Virus record (IMG/VR): IMGVR_UViG_3300008952_001755
Coordinates: 7,361-71,360 of that record
Direction: 5' to 3' (one strand)
Length of the DNA stretch: 64,000 nucleotides
Source of the DNA: a virus
Shown: positions 47,201 to 56,245 of the stretch, piece by piece
Layout of the letters: the number at the start of each line of letters is the position of its first letter
How positions within the stretch are numbered: the stretch's first letter is position 1
The notes under the pieces: model-generated
The model's input: only the letters and a program-made list of their open reading frames with translations
The model's database searches: none
What the model was told of the DNA's origin: nothing
Position numbers and translations under genes: made by a program

Positions 47201-47245
47201 CTTGTAGTATTTTCTAGGATTTGGTGTGTACTTACTGTCTCCCAT
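41297..47245 (-). CDS. Giant baseplate wedge protein (gp7/P2 gpI-like) with two inserted repeat modules
   Basis: IYDIENVKDEYIQYIADLIGF...WRHQLRLALDLYKQSGT (P2 gpI-like); follows the gp6-like gene. Confidence 0.7.
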   Translation of the reverse strand: MGDSKYTPNPRKYYKTNFVDLVELITPEVYRTEDLTLSGTEINPVSQVINSHINVAANISNVIPLSGVANSQTSALGNISGISQYFVKQNGLTKINPFLFESKILLPLGTTLSNYDTSAEFTTYLSGTLLPMIIPPTLTEVNPLQANIGTLSALTGNVNASSVHNYLVDNLGWMYFLNTSADGGLDYSPSSYVLSSLNSLYLGKTLETVDGVKGLTEYLWRNIETCSFGAYIPVDFISGTADGITEASAGILPTYTSGTQKLDALQTLMDVVYSPLYIDEQDYTVKSAFDNYIDASLMLSNRVAKGPHRKFTNLMGYEFADLTNEIENIGLIYDIENVKDEYIQYIADLIGFKLRGNSPSKWRHQLRLALDLYKQSGTLGAIQAAINALIVDSVFDVSGKVDELWESYIPQLIWYALGTESPLFKDLNTWTPGLADQAGIISYSTSSLEENIKIVIDNILLDLYKAFPDNFLFHGQKFAVPELWELDSNGCKTKLYTIINEPRMKPFHIHTYNSNGYQAYKQDAKLFGESKAFEAATGFGALGSGVYMAGSEHPTTGERPTYLKPEGDLNFLFTYRDKQNYPLPPFEEVKYYRDSTVTADLVALLVERLKCFRVKDSFADEVGNYILSSAVTDDSDLGALNEMLMFFSSVQIPSNFDDVMLSISDYEKNLLGLWNGKSSHLFINFKDTDFDFAKTTLEGDGKYALYEAARVAREFSPAHAITRVNLTASAEDSLSTSSTKWEYLGFDKDDNRASYTSASVLGNFEYSGVSMGTVAPGDNDGRGGLNTFKRGDVDNIRDSLLNSTTNVAAFSNVGRRALRRRNLKYLLPHEGYYDRTGFNSPVNWDLEAQNPNLFAYTEDLGGSPGLDMGVAPTGGSSIDIKGEYWYGNPGNLGTFSSTLETNPFGGPSSTDFSSTESAGGRGAIFAYGLNTQRNPVYRAAYYTIFSFYIKKPATNASDEFRLNIYDYTTDFYSNEVTFGWSNGGAGTVAVVSESTWPDINSGYVEDVGNGWYRCSISTSGLGASGPGTDDPQTFEGDRILPYFYLQIGGPKHLYISSPQLEQKLISKGDKLPSPYQAVEGASPTNNNDRGELTLGYVPSAGEFYPILDPINPSGVWHECEKLESTSQFSGVYTSATYPYRGLTALGSNSKMPEEGSTTARYVDRGQVPELYNTMHELFEAKAYDYANEQINLNTDAYAADAYWKNNRQSFANEAIASGFVLNSFADYENFSFGTGLQKAHRDYCKYFAKHPLGLTEAAKTGGNIFAQVFGKGLYNCDFDLAGSAATTLEGNYIASSIASVVPIAYNSGSGVFSTCAVAFYGDGIASGTYIAYGPEESVLPLIGTYRSPFNVNTGQAYPYQEYGAEFRNPHILSGIEFVQTSGAPNANQFSVFKLDSSKATPGMENALINNSVIKCKSLGGLPRLRFDLSSYGDRPNHFIKDHKFKLNVKSLVAEENSPILGGGKLGVWIHTKPKYLDGNKNLLSYTEDIGSSPGLDFPAGDTAGVYWYGNVDYLPTFSSILETNPFGGPSSVELSATISDGTTPTFWPYLSIKSEDDIVAAGYESRTREFKSGVKTSFTWYVKRPSENNAASAFLMNIYDKDVPDESHGAYFHFPNGYDQATSGVLTLAGSYTEDFLVPILEDVGNGWYRCGLELSGLGRSPGGNTVEGDEMLPIFYMGTEVDDIYSSAEETSGQTLWISSPQLEQWPIGATQTLPTPYEAVVGDIPDAITPNGYLWSWTPNGKWEVAEESTLSIPGVKNSLAHIYDFPIKMPPPSEEEFCLGNTSDSSEVINNNTLKNLKDEYFENFEIEFDTRNFTIHNNFEYLDIIPIENDVYEVTEQVNMDDTNYIVEVFFMPNNNPDKYLLIDSIELQDVTQRENTGIGTGHGVETSGIPLRPFVTEDKLYLDKSQLRDVLKFYNGLAGLGTGMYATTLASREATITSGTLELSGGSRLNYRIAPDWTPGVTKQANHNNYENVEIDN

Positions 47246-48840
47246 TAATCTAATAATACTATATTAATTGTTAAATTATTCAGTTGAACAATTTCATTGA
47301 AATCAATTGTAATATCTTTTTCAACATTATCTATGGTGGAATACCTAACCTCATCCACTTCAAAGATTTGCCTATTCATTTCAGATACATTAAAGTCTTC
47401 TCCGAATTCACGATTATCTACATTCATGTAGGTCAAGATCTTATCTCTAACTCTTGCTTTGATTTGATCCTGATTCTCTTCCTCTTCTCTATCAATTCGG
47501 ATTGTAGTTACTAAGTCTAAAGTTCTAATAAGACCATCCACAATAACAACATCATCAGTTGCCATTTTCTTTTTGTTTATATTAGTTAGTAATTGAGTTT
47601 TAAAGTTTGTAGTTGCTCGTTGCAACTGTAAATCTGATGCTTTCTCTAGAACATAAATGTCAATTATATTAGCAGAAGAGTATGCTTGTCTGGTTGCCGC
47701 AGTAGCCTTACCCACAGTTCCAAAAGTACTGATAAAGGTGTTAGCAAACACTGAATAATCCTCTAAGGTCACTAAGCGATCCTGTCTTCTAAAGTTTAAA
47801 GGAGCAAATCGTTTAGCATGATCTAAAGTCTCAGCATTTGCACCTCCAGTACCTTTTGAAGTGTTTGTTATTGAAACAGTATCCACCGTTGGTGAGCCCC
47901 CAGTAATACGAACAGAAATATTATTATTAATAGTATTCTTCCCTATGTTCCCTCGGGTTCCTCCTCCAACTCTATAAAAGACAGAATAGTTAGAGGTATT
48001 GTCTGGTGATACTCCAACGCTGCCGTCTCCAAAAACCACTGTAGCCAAATAATCATCATCGTAGATAACTTCAAAAATCTTGTCAGAAGATCCAGAAGCG
48101 AAGAACACATTAGGCACTTCAACAAAGGCTCCGTTCTTGGTAGAGTTAGGTCCAGTAGTAAATACCTGAACGCTGCCCTCTACAACAGGACCCTTAGTGA
48201 GCTTAATTGTCTTTACCCCCTCAGTAGCAGCAAAGCTACCTGTATCTTTAACTAAAGCTCCTTCTTGTAAAACCACATTTTCAAAAACTGTTACAGGAGA
48301 TCCCTGTCCTTCTGAATTATTAAGAGTAATTGATCCAGCAGAATTTATCGTATCCACTAAACCATTGACAACTTTATATAAAGTAAAAGTTAATGCTCCT
48401 CCATCTTCAGGAGATGTAGTTTCAATTGTTCTGTCTGCTGCCCCAATCAATAAAGTGGATCCAACTGTCTGAGTGGCAGTAAGTTTAGCATCAGCAGCCG
48501 AAGAAAGAGGACCTTTCATACGAATTCCGATTAGCTGTAAAAGCTTTTTAACACTAGGTCGCTGTGTGGCTGTGGCTAAGAAGTTCTCATTCGCAAGCAT
48601 ATCAGCTTTCATGGACATAACAGATCCCATGTAAGCCACAAGCTCTAGGAACATCATTCCTAAATCAGATTCTACAAAATACTTATAATCTCTAGGATAA
48701 ACTGCCTTAGCATAATCAATTAGAGAATTCCTAAGAGTAAGAAAATCGGTAGCAGCAAAGTTAATAAGAGAAGGTCTCTTTACTACAGGGACTTCTGCTA
48801 ACTTCATAAAGTCCGATGTAATAGTTCCAGAAAAGTTCAT
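47245..48840 (-). CDS. Baseplate wedge subunit (gp6/baseplate J-like)
   Basis: DFLTLRNSL, ANENFLATA, VFGDGSVG, YRVGGG, GGANAET, RQDRLVTLEDY. Confidence 0.9.
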   Translation of the reverse strand: MNFSGTITSDFMKLAEVPVVKRPSLINFAATDFLTLRNSLIDYAKAVYPRDYKYFVESDLGMMFLELVAYMGSVMSMKADMLANENFLATATQRPSVKKLLQLIGIRMKGPLSSAADAKLTATQTVGSTLLIGAADRTIETTSPEDGGALTFTLYKVVNGLVDTINSAGSITLNNSEGQGSPVTVFENVVLQEGALVKDTGSFAATEGVKTIKLTKGPVVEGSVQVFTTGPNSTKNGAFVEVPNVFFASGSSDKIFEVIYDDDYLATVVFGDGSVGVSPDNTSNYSVFYRVGGGTRGNIGKNTINNNISVRITGGSPTVDTVSITNTSKGTGGANAETLDHAKRFAPLNFRRQDRLVTLEDYSVFANTFISTFGTVGKATAATRQAYSSANIIDIYVLEKASDLQLQRATTNFKTQLLTNINKKKMATDDVVIVDGLIRTLDLVTTIRIDREEEENQDQIKARVRDKILTYMNVDNREFGEDFNVSEMNRQIFEVDEVRYSTIDNVEKDITIDFNEIVQLNNLTINIVLLD

Positions 48841-49301
48841 GATATATTTACCTCAACATCAAATGTTTCTAAATCAGCAGTATCTAATTTTAATGATAAG
48901 ATTACTTTAAGTGAGTTTCCCCCTGCTGGTCCTGCTTCTCCTAAAGGAAAGACAGCTAATTTTGCAATCTTGGCTCCTACAATATAATTCTTAAATGAAT
49001 ATTGAATCTCTCTCTTGATTGATTCGAAAGTAGCTTCCTCCAGTGGTTGGAAAAGATATTTTCTTAGATTGCACCCAAAATTGGGAAGCATAACTCGCTC
49101 CCCCCTCTCTGTTAAAAGAAGCTGCTTAACTGCTTCCCTAATCATAACAACACCAGACCGCTTTGAAAAGAACCCTCCTCCTGGAGAAGATCCTAGAGGG
49201 AAAGATAACCCGTAGACCTCCTGCCTGTGGGAGACTGGTCCTTGTTTCATATACCTAGGAGGTATACTTCCAAAAACTGAAACTGTTTGATTAGCTGCCA
49301 T
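48837..49301 (-). CDS. Baseplate wedge subunit (gp25-like)
   Basis: LLLTERGERVMLPNFGCNLRKYLFQP. Confidence 0.9.
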   Translation of the reverse strand: MAANQTVSVFGSIPPRYMKQGPVSHRQEVYGLSFPLGSSPGGGFFSKRSGVVMIREAVKQLLLTERGERVMLPNFGCNLRKYLFQPLEEATFESIKREIQYSFKNYIVGAKIAKLAVFPLGEAGPAGGNSLKVILSLKLDTADLETFDVEVNIS

Positions 49302-52018
49302 TACATCTTAATATTCTTGAAGAAGCCTTGTTGGGCTTTGTAGTTCTTTAAAACTTCTGCATTATCTAGGGCTCTAGAGTAAAATTTCAAGCTTCCTATG
49401 TGACCACGAAGACCACTTGTTATTCCCCCACGATCTCCTCCCAAGAAATTCCCATATCTATACATTCCATCTGTATAGCCTCCCCCAACTATCCAAGGAG
49501 TATAGAAAGTATTTAGTAACGGTCCTTGTTTAAGTACCGTAGGACCATCCACCGTAGTAGAAGAGTACTGGAAGCTATTATCTTTCTTAAAGGAGGGTAG
49601 ATTGGGCGGGATTCCTATATCGACACCGAATACGGCTGATATAGATGAAGTAGCAACTAACGAACCATCAGCAAACATCTTAATAGTATTTGTAGTAGGA
49701 TCACAGGCTATATCAATAAGAACAAACTGGGAAGACACACTCCCAAAGGCTGTAGCAGAGAGATCTACCTTCATCTTATGGAAGGTTTCCAAGTCTTGAC
49801 AATCATCGCTATTAATCCAAGAAGCAGAGGAAGAGTCTCTAGCTTGAGTTGGGGCTATAAAGAAACTCAACGAAGATGCTGGGTCGTTATCGTAATTATT
49901 ATTACTATACCCTGATAATCCTAACCCATACCCAGCCTCTGTAATTCTCCTATCTCTAGTAAAGCCGCAAACCATTCCTCGGACAAACTGCTCACCTCTT
50001 TTATTTTCCAAGAAATCTAAATCTCGCTCGGCTCCAACGCGATCCAAAGCAGATGCCCCAGATGCAGCACCAACATTATCACTAGCCAAAAGAACTTTTG
50101 TTAGTGAGGACGCTGTAGAACTAAGCCACCCAATACCCCCATCCATAATATCAGGAATGTGAGCCCAACATTCCATAGTAAATCCACTTGGCGAATAAGT
50201 TAGATCTTGGAACTCTTTGGTGTCAGGCAGCTTTGCGTAGGATCCAAGAGCGGAGGCAGCAGCAGTATCTGTAGATTTGTTCTTAACAATACCTTCAAGG
50301 TAAGGAATGCTTAAACCTGATACAAATACTGTTCTTTTAGATGATCCCACTAATTGAGCATTATTATACATATTTTCAGTAGCACAGTTTGTTACAGAGA
50401 AATCAACTGAAGAAGGTAATTCTAGAGTGGTCTCAAGAAAATTATATATCGCAAACAAATCTGTATTTACAATCTGATCATTCAAGGATAGGACAGTTCC
50501 AGCATTTGCAGACGAAGGAGAATAAAGAATAGAACCTTTTCCTACTGTAGGTACATTTAAATGTTCAATAGATAAAGAAGGGGGTTTTGCACTTGTCTTG
50601 GCAAACTTAGCATCAATAGGCAAAACAATGCCTACAACATCTGCTTGCTTAAAAATCAAGGCATTCTGTTTTTCAAAGTCTACTGCTAAGTTATAGTCAG
50701 CTAAGTATGAAAAATCATTAATGGGCACCTCTCCAGGAGCAAACCTAGGCCCACTTAAGTCCCCATAAATCTGCGGTGCCTTTATAGCTACTTCAATTTG
50801 TTTCTTTCTTCTATTTATCTTACTATTGTGATTAGCAATTTCAGAAATAATTAATTGCCTTTGGTTTTGTATAACTGATAAGGCTTCTCCATCATCAATA
50901 AAAGTCTGCAAATCGGCAGACAAATCATAAACTAGTTTGTTTCGTTGTTGTTGCAGTACTGAAAGGAAGTGATCCTCGTCATAATACAATTGCAGACCTT
51001 TACTATCATCAATTCTATTAGGATCAAAAATATTATCTGTAAATTGGTTTAGAGACTTAATAGAGACTGTTTGACCTTTGCCGCCTAGGTTGGGATCATA
51101 ATCATACTTCCACTGATCTCCAATAGGAACTATTCCCGAAATAGCTAGGAATACGGGATCCAACCCGCCCGACTGAGAATCGTAATAAAGTCCATCGGAG
51201 GTTAACACATATTGACCAGCAGAAGATTTAGGAGGTCCGTAAGTAAGTCTGAATACTTCTTGTTCTTCTCGTCCAACTTCAGGGTCCTCTAAGGAACATC
51301 TTGTATAAGTAGTTTGATCAAGGAAGGGATCAAGCTCAGAAGAATCTAAGAAACACGGTTCCAGAGAAGGATCCTCTGCTCTTGACTCTAAAATGTTATT
51401 AATAGTACCAGCAGTAGCATCACACTTAGAAATAAAATCAATAGCCTTTGCAAGAGTCTCCTTGTCCCCAGCATACATAGAATCAAATAATTCATCAGCC
51501 GCTGAAGTGTCTAAAGTGGCTCTGGGGTCAGCAGCATTCCCTGATTGAAAAGATTCTAAAGTATTAAATTTCTCCAAACAATCTTCTACACTGCCGATCA
51601 AATCTTGGATATCCTCATAATTTTGATAAAGACCAGTACCAACAGAAATAGCATAATCAATAGCCCCCAACAAACCAGTTAAATTATCACCTTCTTGCTT
51701 ATTATCATTATCTACCCCCATCCAGGAAGTATCTGAAATCCAAGTAAATATCCCCCCTTCAGTAATAATCTCATATACCCCCGTACTCATTCCAAGCTTC
51801 TTGAATACTCCAGCAACTACTTCTTTAGCTTTAGATTTTCCGATATTTACTTTAGATAATATGCCACTCAATACCCCAGAGGGCAATAAACTTAATGCAT
51901 TCCCAGCTATGTTAAACATACAGCTAGGAACACCATAAGCCATCCCCAGGGCTTGGAGCGTTCCAGTCCCTGTCTCTCCTTTAACTTTTAAAAATATTTC
52001 TCGATCAAATGATGCCAT
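49301..52018 (-). CDS. Structural protein with C-terminal LamG/concanavalin-like domain
   Basis: FTMECWAH, IKMFADGSLV, GHIGSLKFYSRALDNAEVLKNY. Confidence 0.65.
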   Translation of the reverse strand: MASFDREIFLKVKGETGTGTLQALGMAYGVPSCMFNIAGNALSLLPSGVLSGILSKVNIGKSKAKEVVAGVFKKLGMSTGVYEIITEGGIFTWISDTSWMGVDNDNKQEGDNLTGLLGAIDYAISVGTGLYQNYEDIQDLIGSVEDCLEKFNTLESFQSGNAADPRATLDTSAADELFDSMYAGDKETLAKAIDFISKCDATAGTINNILESRAEDPSLEPCFLDSSELDPFLDQTTYTRCSLEDPEVGREEQEVFRLTYGPPKSSAGQYVLTSDGLYYDSQSGGLDPVFLAISGIVPIGDQWKYDYDPNLGGKGQTVSIKSLNQFTDNIFDPNRIDDSKGLQLYYDEDHFLSVLQQQRNKLVYDLSADLQTFIDDGEALSVIQNQRQLIISEIANHNSKINRRKKQIEVAIKAPQIYGDLSGPRFAPGEVPINDFSYLADYNLAVDFEKQNALIFKQADVVGIVLPIDAKFAKTSAKPPSLSIEHLNVPTVGKGSILYSPSSANAGTVLSLNDQIVNTDLFAIYNFLETTLELPSSVDFSVTNCATENMYNNAQLVGSSKRTVFVSGLSIPYLEGIVKNKSTDTAAASALGSYAKLPDTKEFQDLTYSPSGFTMECWAHIPDIMDGGIGWLSSTASSLTKVLLASDNVGAASGASALDRVGAERDLDFLENKRGEQFVRGMVCGFTRDRRITEAGYGLGLSGYSNNNYDNDPASSLSFFIAPTQARDSSSASWINSDDCQDLETFHKMKVDLSATAFGSVSSQFVLIDIACDPTTNTIKMFADGSLVATSSISAVFGVDIGIPPNLPSFKKDNSFQYSSTTVDGPTVLKQGPLLNTFYTPWIVGGGYTDGMYRYGNFLGGDRGGITSGLRGHIGSLKFYSRALDNAEVLKNYKAQQGFFKNIKM

Positions 52019-52030
52019 TGTCAATCCTCG

Positions 52031-53272
52031 TTAATATGTAGTGATTCCTTTAGGTTGATAGATACTTTCCTCAGATGGGGTCTCTACAGGAGTTGGGTTA
52101 GCTCCACCCCCTGCTAAATGAATCTCGCTTCCATCCATATTTATTACTCCTTCTGATTTTACTTCTATAGAATTACAGTCAAGACTAAACTTTCCAGTCT
52201 TCATCCTAATCTCCTCATCTGCATTAATATTAAGACTTCCTCCTTCTGCATTCAAAGTAATATCTCCCACAGTTTTTATAATAATACTTCCATCTGTTCC
52301 TTTAGTTTCTATCTGAATTACTTGTCCAGTATTCTTTCCTTCTGGGTCTAAGCATTGAATAAATATTCTTCCTGCTCCTGCGCCCCCCAATGTTAATACA
52401 TTCACATCCCTCCACTTACTTTGAATATTAACACTACCCTGATTAACATCATCTCCCCACTCAACATCATTTGCAAAATTTAGAAGTTGTAACTCACGCC
52501 CATCTTTAGCTACAACAACATCTGTTTGAGAATGACTAACTAATCTTTGGGGTCCCTGTGTATCAACCAAGAAAGCTCTATCTGGAACACCCATACCTGC
52601 TCCAGCCATGGTGTCCCCCCCAGGCGTACTAGTAAGTTTCATTATACTACCATTTCCACTATCGAAAACTATAGAATCAATAGCAGGACTATCATTTAAA
52701 CTAATACTTTTATTTGCAGGTGATTTTAAAGTTGTGTATTTATTAATAGCACCCCTGCTATCAGGTGTGGGGGTTTCATCTAGGTGCTTTATCTGGCGAG
52801 GTGACATCGTAATACCCGCATCCTCATATTGACCTAGTGCTAAGTGCTTTGATCTACTCGTACCTGGGGCGTAATCGTTAGCTATAACAAGTCCTTCCCC
52901 CTCTATACCAGTTAAGAGAGGAGACCCAGGCCCTCCCCTACTCGATTCGGGTGTTCCCGTAGAAGGAGGTCTTGATAAAGGTGGGGTCCGAGCATCAAGT
53001 ATTCCATCACCCGTAGTTTGCCTAGGCTCAGGACTGAAAGTAGAGCCCATATAATACCACGAATCGGAACAAGAAGGTCTAATAACGATTACTTCAACCC
53101 CTACCTCAGGTACTGCTATAAACGCACCCTCTCCATTAGAGGCATAAGGGCTAGTATACATAACTGTCATTTCAGAACCACCTAGAGCGAAAATTCTTGC
53201 TACAAATGATCCATTTTCACTCACATTTGTACGATCTGTAACTTCTGCTAAAGATATTAGTTGTTCAGCCAT
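52031..53272 (-). CDS. Baseplate central spike (gp5/VgrG-like OB fold plus beta-repeat)
   Basis: GAFIAVPEVGVEVIV...WYYMGS (OB-fold motif); C-terminal beta-strand repeats; start set at MAEQL. Confidence 0.7.
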   Translation of the reverse strand: MAEQLISLAEVTDRTNVSENGSFVARIFALGGSEMTVMYTSPYASNGEGAFIAVPEVGVEVIVIRPSCSDSWYYMGSTFSPEPRQTTGDGILDARTPPLSRPPSTGTPESSRGGPGSPLLTGIEGEGLVIANDYAPGTSRSKHLALGQYEDAGITMSPRQIKHLDETPTPDSRGAINKYTTLKSPANKSISLNDSPAIDSIVFDSGNGSIMKLTSTPGGDTMAGAGMGVPDRAFLVDTQGPQRLVSHSQTDVVVAKDGRELQLLNFANDVEWGDDVNQGSVNIQSKWRDVNVLTLGGAGAGRIFIQCLDPEGKNTGQVIQIETKGTDGSIIIKTVGDITLNAEGGSLNINADEEIRMKTGKFSLDCNSIEVKSEGVINMDGSEIHLAGGGANPTPVETPSEESIYQPKGITTY

Positions 53273-55940
53273 CGACTTCTTCCTCCTTCTTAACACTTGA
53301 AAAATCAGGAACATTCTTAAGTAATCTGAACTCTGACTCACAAGCTCCAGTAGAGATACTATGTTTAAATCCCATTATTTTATAAATACCGCTAAAAAAT
53401 GAATTAAGTAATGATCTATTAGGGGGATTACTTTGCATTATCCCAGTTTCTTGAGCAAAAACTACACATTCACGACCCATTGTGTGCTGCGCTGATAGAT
53501 GAAAGAATGGTAAGGTTTTAATAGTCATCTGAAGGGCTTTTCTATACATCTCTTCCATAAAATCAGTTTGAAGCGTCTGAGGATTTCCAGGGAGGTTTTG
53601 TTCAACCTCTACAAATGATGCGTAATTGAAGCGTTCGGCCAACTCTAGGGTTGCTGCGATACCATCAGCCGCCTTCTGGGGATTTGGGAACCACACTGGG
53701 TTCAAGGATTCCACAAGTTCGGGAGTCATCAGTCTTGCTAATTCAGCAACGAGAGCTTGACGCTCTGGTTCTCCTAAACCTAACGAAAAATTCTTTTGTT
53801 TAAGGTATGCCTGCGCGGCTCCTCTACTCCTAATAGGGAAAGATCCAATTCCTAAAGGGAGAACCCCTTCTGCTACTCCAGAAGCCTTTCTTTTCACCAT
53901 TTTTTTAAATTGACCTTCTAATGCAGCAAAATAAATAGGAGCGAACTTAAAATTCATATCTAAAATGTTAGGATTTTGAGTATTGTACCTAAAAATAGGA
54001 ACACCCGCTTCTTCTATGTGCTTTTTTTCCACATCCTTAAAAATAACATCATTATAAGCAAAATCATCAGGAAGATAAGAAATATCTCCAAATGATCCTA
54101 CCCCTGTTACAGGTGGATAGGCAATCTTCCGTATTGCAGTATTATATTCTGAATTAGTGAGGGAAATTTGATCTAATGGATGAAGTGGAATTGCTAGTAA
54201 AGAAGCAATTTTTGCTAAAGTTAATTTCTTTTCAGCAGCAGCCTTATCTTTATAACTTGTAGCAGAGTCTGGGTCATCTAGTTGAGCATATTGATGTATT
54301 CCAGGCGAGGATAGCGTTTCTGCTTCACTTTCTGCTAAAGCTGCTTTCTTTTGTGAATCAGCAACATGTTTATCCTGTCTTTTCGTTGTCATCCTACCAT
54401 AAAGATATTCCTGAATCATAGCTTGATCTCCATAAATTATGGCTTCCTTACTTTCATTAAATAAACTATAGCCTCCAAAAGTAGAAAGCTTATAAGTGGG
54501 AATACCTCCTACGCCTTCTGTCCATAAATTTAATAGGTTTGTATCCGTCTCAGTAAATTTAGCTATTTCAAGTTGATAATTCTCTTTTGAATATTGAAGA
54601 ATTCTGTCAGTAACAGACTGTAGTTTAGCCATATGGTCAGGAATTCCTTTATCACTGGCTCCTTGAATACGAGCAACAAACTTTTTCTTAAAATAATTCA
54701 TATAACTCGCTTGGGCGCAACTAGATTTTTCATAATCTAATCGGTTCAATATGACTGCATTTGGGTATGCTATAGGAAGACCATGAAGAGGTGTATCCTC
54801 CACTGGAGTAAGCTCTAAACAAAAAGATTCTAGAAGTTTTTGTATATAATAATACTTAAATCCTACCTCTCGTTGTCTCTTCAGGTAATTTGGTCCTTTA
54901 CCGAAGTTTCCGAACCCAGTAGGCGCACCTAATGGATCTATCCAAGTTACTCTTGCATTTTTAGCACTTTCCTCCATCCATTGGCTACAAATAATATTAA
55001 TATTAGGTAGTAATACAATAACATTCGGGTTATTAGTAGCATTTTGTATATATTCTCTTAAGGCATCCACGATAATGGAATGAAAATCTAGCTCACCTAT
55101 TTGAGAAGCAGCAAAATCAAGATTGATAGATTCTAATACTTTTTTAGTTTCCTCATTTTTATTCTTTAGAAAAGTGGGGACGGGGTGCAGAGGATTGTTT
55201 GCACCTCCAAGATCTAACCACTCTAAAGGATCATACCTTGGTCCAGTAAGGACTTTATTACCATCTTTTTCAGTATAAAACTGTATAGGTTTGGAGTCTC
55301 CAGCAGTTCTCATGGTAAGACCAGCCAGATTGAAATTTATCTCCTCATTATAAGCTCCTTTTCTGTGACCTATATGAAGATCCTTAGCAGATGGTTGGAG
55401 TTTTATGGTAAGTTTTCTAGCTCCCTCTACCGAAATATCCGCACCTACAAGTACAGTTCTATGAGGACCAGCCCATAAATCTAAATTTTCTCCAGTTCCA
55501 TAAGCCACATATATCTCTTTTGTATTAAACTCATCTATATATTCGTCTAAAAATTCAGCAATATATTGATCACCGTACTCCTGTTGGCTCTCTTGAATTT
55601 TTTTATTAATTATTGTTTGATTATAATTTTTACCTACATTTTTAGAATCGTTATAATAAAATCCTGCTACATTTTTAATAATATTATCTGAAATATAACG
55701 ATTCTCAAACTTCTGCTCTGGATCAATAAAAGTAAGTAACATCTTCCAACCAGACCCCATGTTCATACTATGCTCAAACGAAATAAAATTTGGATTAGAT
55801 ACATTATCAAATAACAGTGTTTCCTCTCCACTAACAGACAAACCCTGAATTAAGCTTTTATATGTTGCTCCAGCAACAAAGAGTCTCTCCATTACCGCTT
55901 TGTTAAAACCTACAACTATATTTACTGTGGGGATTTTCAT
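53265..55940 (-). CDS. Putative baseplate hub protein (gp27/gpD-like)
   Basis: C-terminal FSGIYKIMGFKHSISTGACESEFRLLK typical of hub proteins; between LysM-like and spike genes. Confidence 0.6.
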   Translation of the reverse strand: MKIPTVNIVVGFNKAVMERLFVAGATYKSLIQGLSVSGEETLLFDNVSNPNFISFEHSMNMGSGWKMLLTFIDPEQKFENRYISDNIIKNVAGFYYNDSKNVGKNYNQTIINKKIQESQQEYGDQYIAEFLDEYIDEFNTKEIYVAYGTGENLDLWAGPHRTVLVGADISVEGARKLTIKLQPSAKDLHIGHRKGAYNEEINFNLAGLTMRTAGDSKPIQFYTEKDGNKVLTGPRYDPLEWLDLGGANNPLHPVPTFLKNKNEETKKVLESINLDFAASQIGELDFHSIIVDALREYIQNATNNPNVIVLLPNINIICSQWMEESAKNARVTWIDPLGAPTGFGNFGKGPNYLKRQREVGFKYYYIQKLLESFCLELTPVEDTPLHGLPIAYPNAVILNRLDYEKSSCAQASYMNYFKKKFVARIQGASDKGIPDHMAKLQSVTDRILQYSKENYQLEIAKFTETDTNLLNLWTEGVGGIPTYKLSTFGGYSLFNESKEAIIYGDQAMIQEYLYGRMTTKRQDKHVADSQKKAALAESEAETLSSPGIHQYAQLDDPDSATSYKDKAAAEKKLTLAKIASLLAIPLHPLDQISLTNSEYNTAIRKIAYPPVTGVGSFGDISYLPDDFAYNDVIFKDVEKKHIEEAGVPIFRYNTQNPNILDMNFKFAPIYFAALEGQFKKMVKRKASGVAEGVLPLGIGSFPIRSRGAAQAYLKQKNFSLGLGEPERQALVAELARLMTPELVESLNPVWFPNPQKAADGIAATLELAERFNYASFVEVEQNLPGNPQTLQTDFMEEMYRKALQMTIKTLPFFHLSAQHTMGRECVVFAQETGIMQSNPPNRSLLNSFFSGIYKIMGFKHSISTGACESEFRLLKNVPDFSSVKKEEEVDG

Positions 55941-56245
55941 TAAAACTTAGGAATAATAATCTTCTGATTAACTCTAAAACCTTCTCCTGGATCAGAAATA
56001 CCGTTTACTAGCATTAAAAGCCACCAATTCTTAGGAGTACCGTAAAATACATTGGAAATCAAATCAGGACGATGTTCATAGCCAGCAGGGATATAACCAA
56101 CCTCATAATTATATGCAGATCCCAGGTCTGCTAATATAGAATCGAACTTAGGAGTATTTAGAATAGTAGTAGTTGTAACATTCCTATGCTTTACCATATT
56201 AACATCTAAGCTATAAGGCCCTTTATTTTTTCCTAATGAGGTCAT
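55940..56245 (-). CDS. Baseplate wedge LysM-like protein (gp53-like)
   Basis: RPDLISNVFYGTPKNWWLLMLVNGISDP...IIIP. Confidence 0.82.
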   Translation of the reverse strand: MTSLGKNKGPYSLDVNMVKHRNVTTTTILNTPKFDSILADLGSAYNYEVGYIPAGYEHRPDLISNVFYGTPKNWWLLMLVNGISDPGEGFRVNQKIIIPKF

